A stretch of DNA of 61,188 nt, the filler included, from Nemertoderma westbladi (Eukaryota; Animalia; Xenacoelomorpha), in the NCBI GenBank assembly GCA_032718475.1. It is 3 parts of 3 records of this genome, joined end to end, with 100 filler letters (N's around TTAATTAATTAA, not from the genome) between each part and the next. Parts side by side here need not be neighbours in the genome. Positions count along the whole stretch, not along the records: positions 49,499 to 61,188 come from JAUCBJ010004745.1; 2 more parts are not named here. The stretch is one strand, 5' to 3'. The position numbers and the translations under genes are program-made. Shown here in pieces: positions 60,903-61,188 of the stretch. Below the pieces are notes generated by a model, which did no database searches, was not told the origin of the DNA, and saw nothing but the letters and a program-made list of their open reading frames with translations. How positions within the stretch are numbered: the stretch's first letter is position 1; every line of letters starts with the position of its first letter.

Positions 60903-61188
60903 GGGTCCTAAGAATTACCCCAAAATACCCCAAAACACCCCAAAATACCCCAAAATACTCCAAAATACCCCAAAATAGTCAAAAATTACCCCAAAATACC
61001 CCAAAAAGGCTAAAAAATTACCCCAAAATACCCCAAAATAAGCTAACAATGTTTTTTAACAGCGAGGGAAAGGAGCAGGTTACAGTGGCAAGTTTTTTTA
61101 ACCAAAACAATAAACGAGAGTGAAGAAAAACATTTTAATTATTTTGGGGTAATTCGTCATTATTTTGGGGTAATTCGTCATTATTTTG
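60903..61188. mobile_element. Second copy of the 42649-43127 MITE, inverted and cut by the window end
   Basis: Reverse complement of about 42845-43127. Confidence 0.9.

Overview
This is a repeat-rich stretch of a metazoan (probably bilaterian invertebrate) genome. It holds two host genes: the last coding exon of dystroglycan (DAG1, 6421-7647) and a two-exon RanGAP1 (46824-49072, with frameshifts that are probably assembly errors). The rest is a nested transposon and minisatellite mosaic. A full-length CRE-clade RLE retrotransposon (18-bp TSD) sits inside a palindromic TA-flanked MITE and carries about 1 kb of 30-bp repeat inside its RT catalytic domain. An L2 LINE has a 3.2-kb in-frame 30-bp array at the start of ORF2. 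There are also CR1-like and RTE fragments, a Ty3/Gypsy element with identical LTRs, a piggyBac fragment, a tRNA-SINE, many MITEs and at least seven minisatellites. The most unusual signals are: (i) the intra-RT repeat, which is bounded by GT...AG at exactly the positions that restore a canonical RT; (ii) a bipartite motif GGAAAGGAGCAGGTTACAG-N~15-AACCAAAACAATAAAC shared by unrelated MITEs; (iii) pervasive TA-duplicating footprint-like insertions, seen directly as differences between two tandem MITE copies and in frame within RanGAP1. Two N-gaps contain an artificial linker. All calls are by eye; no database searches were run.
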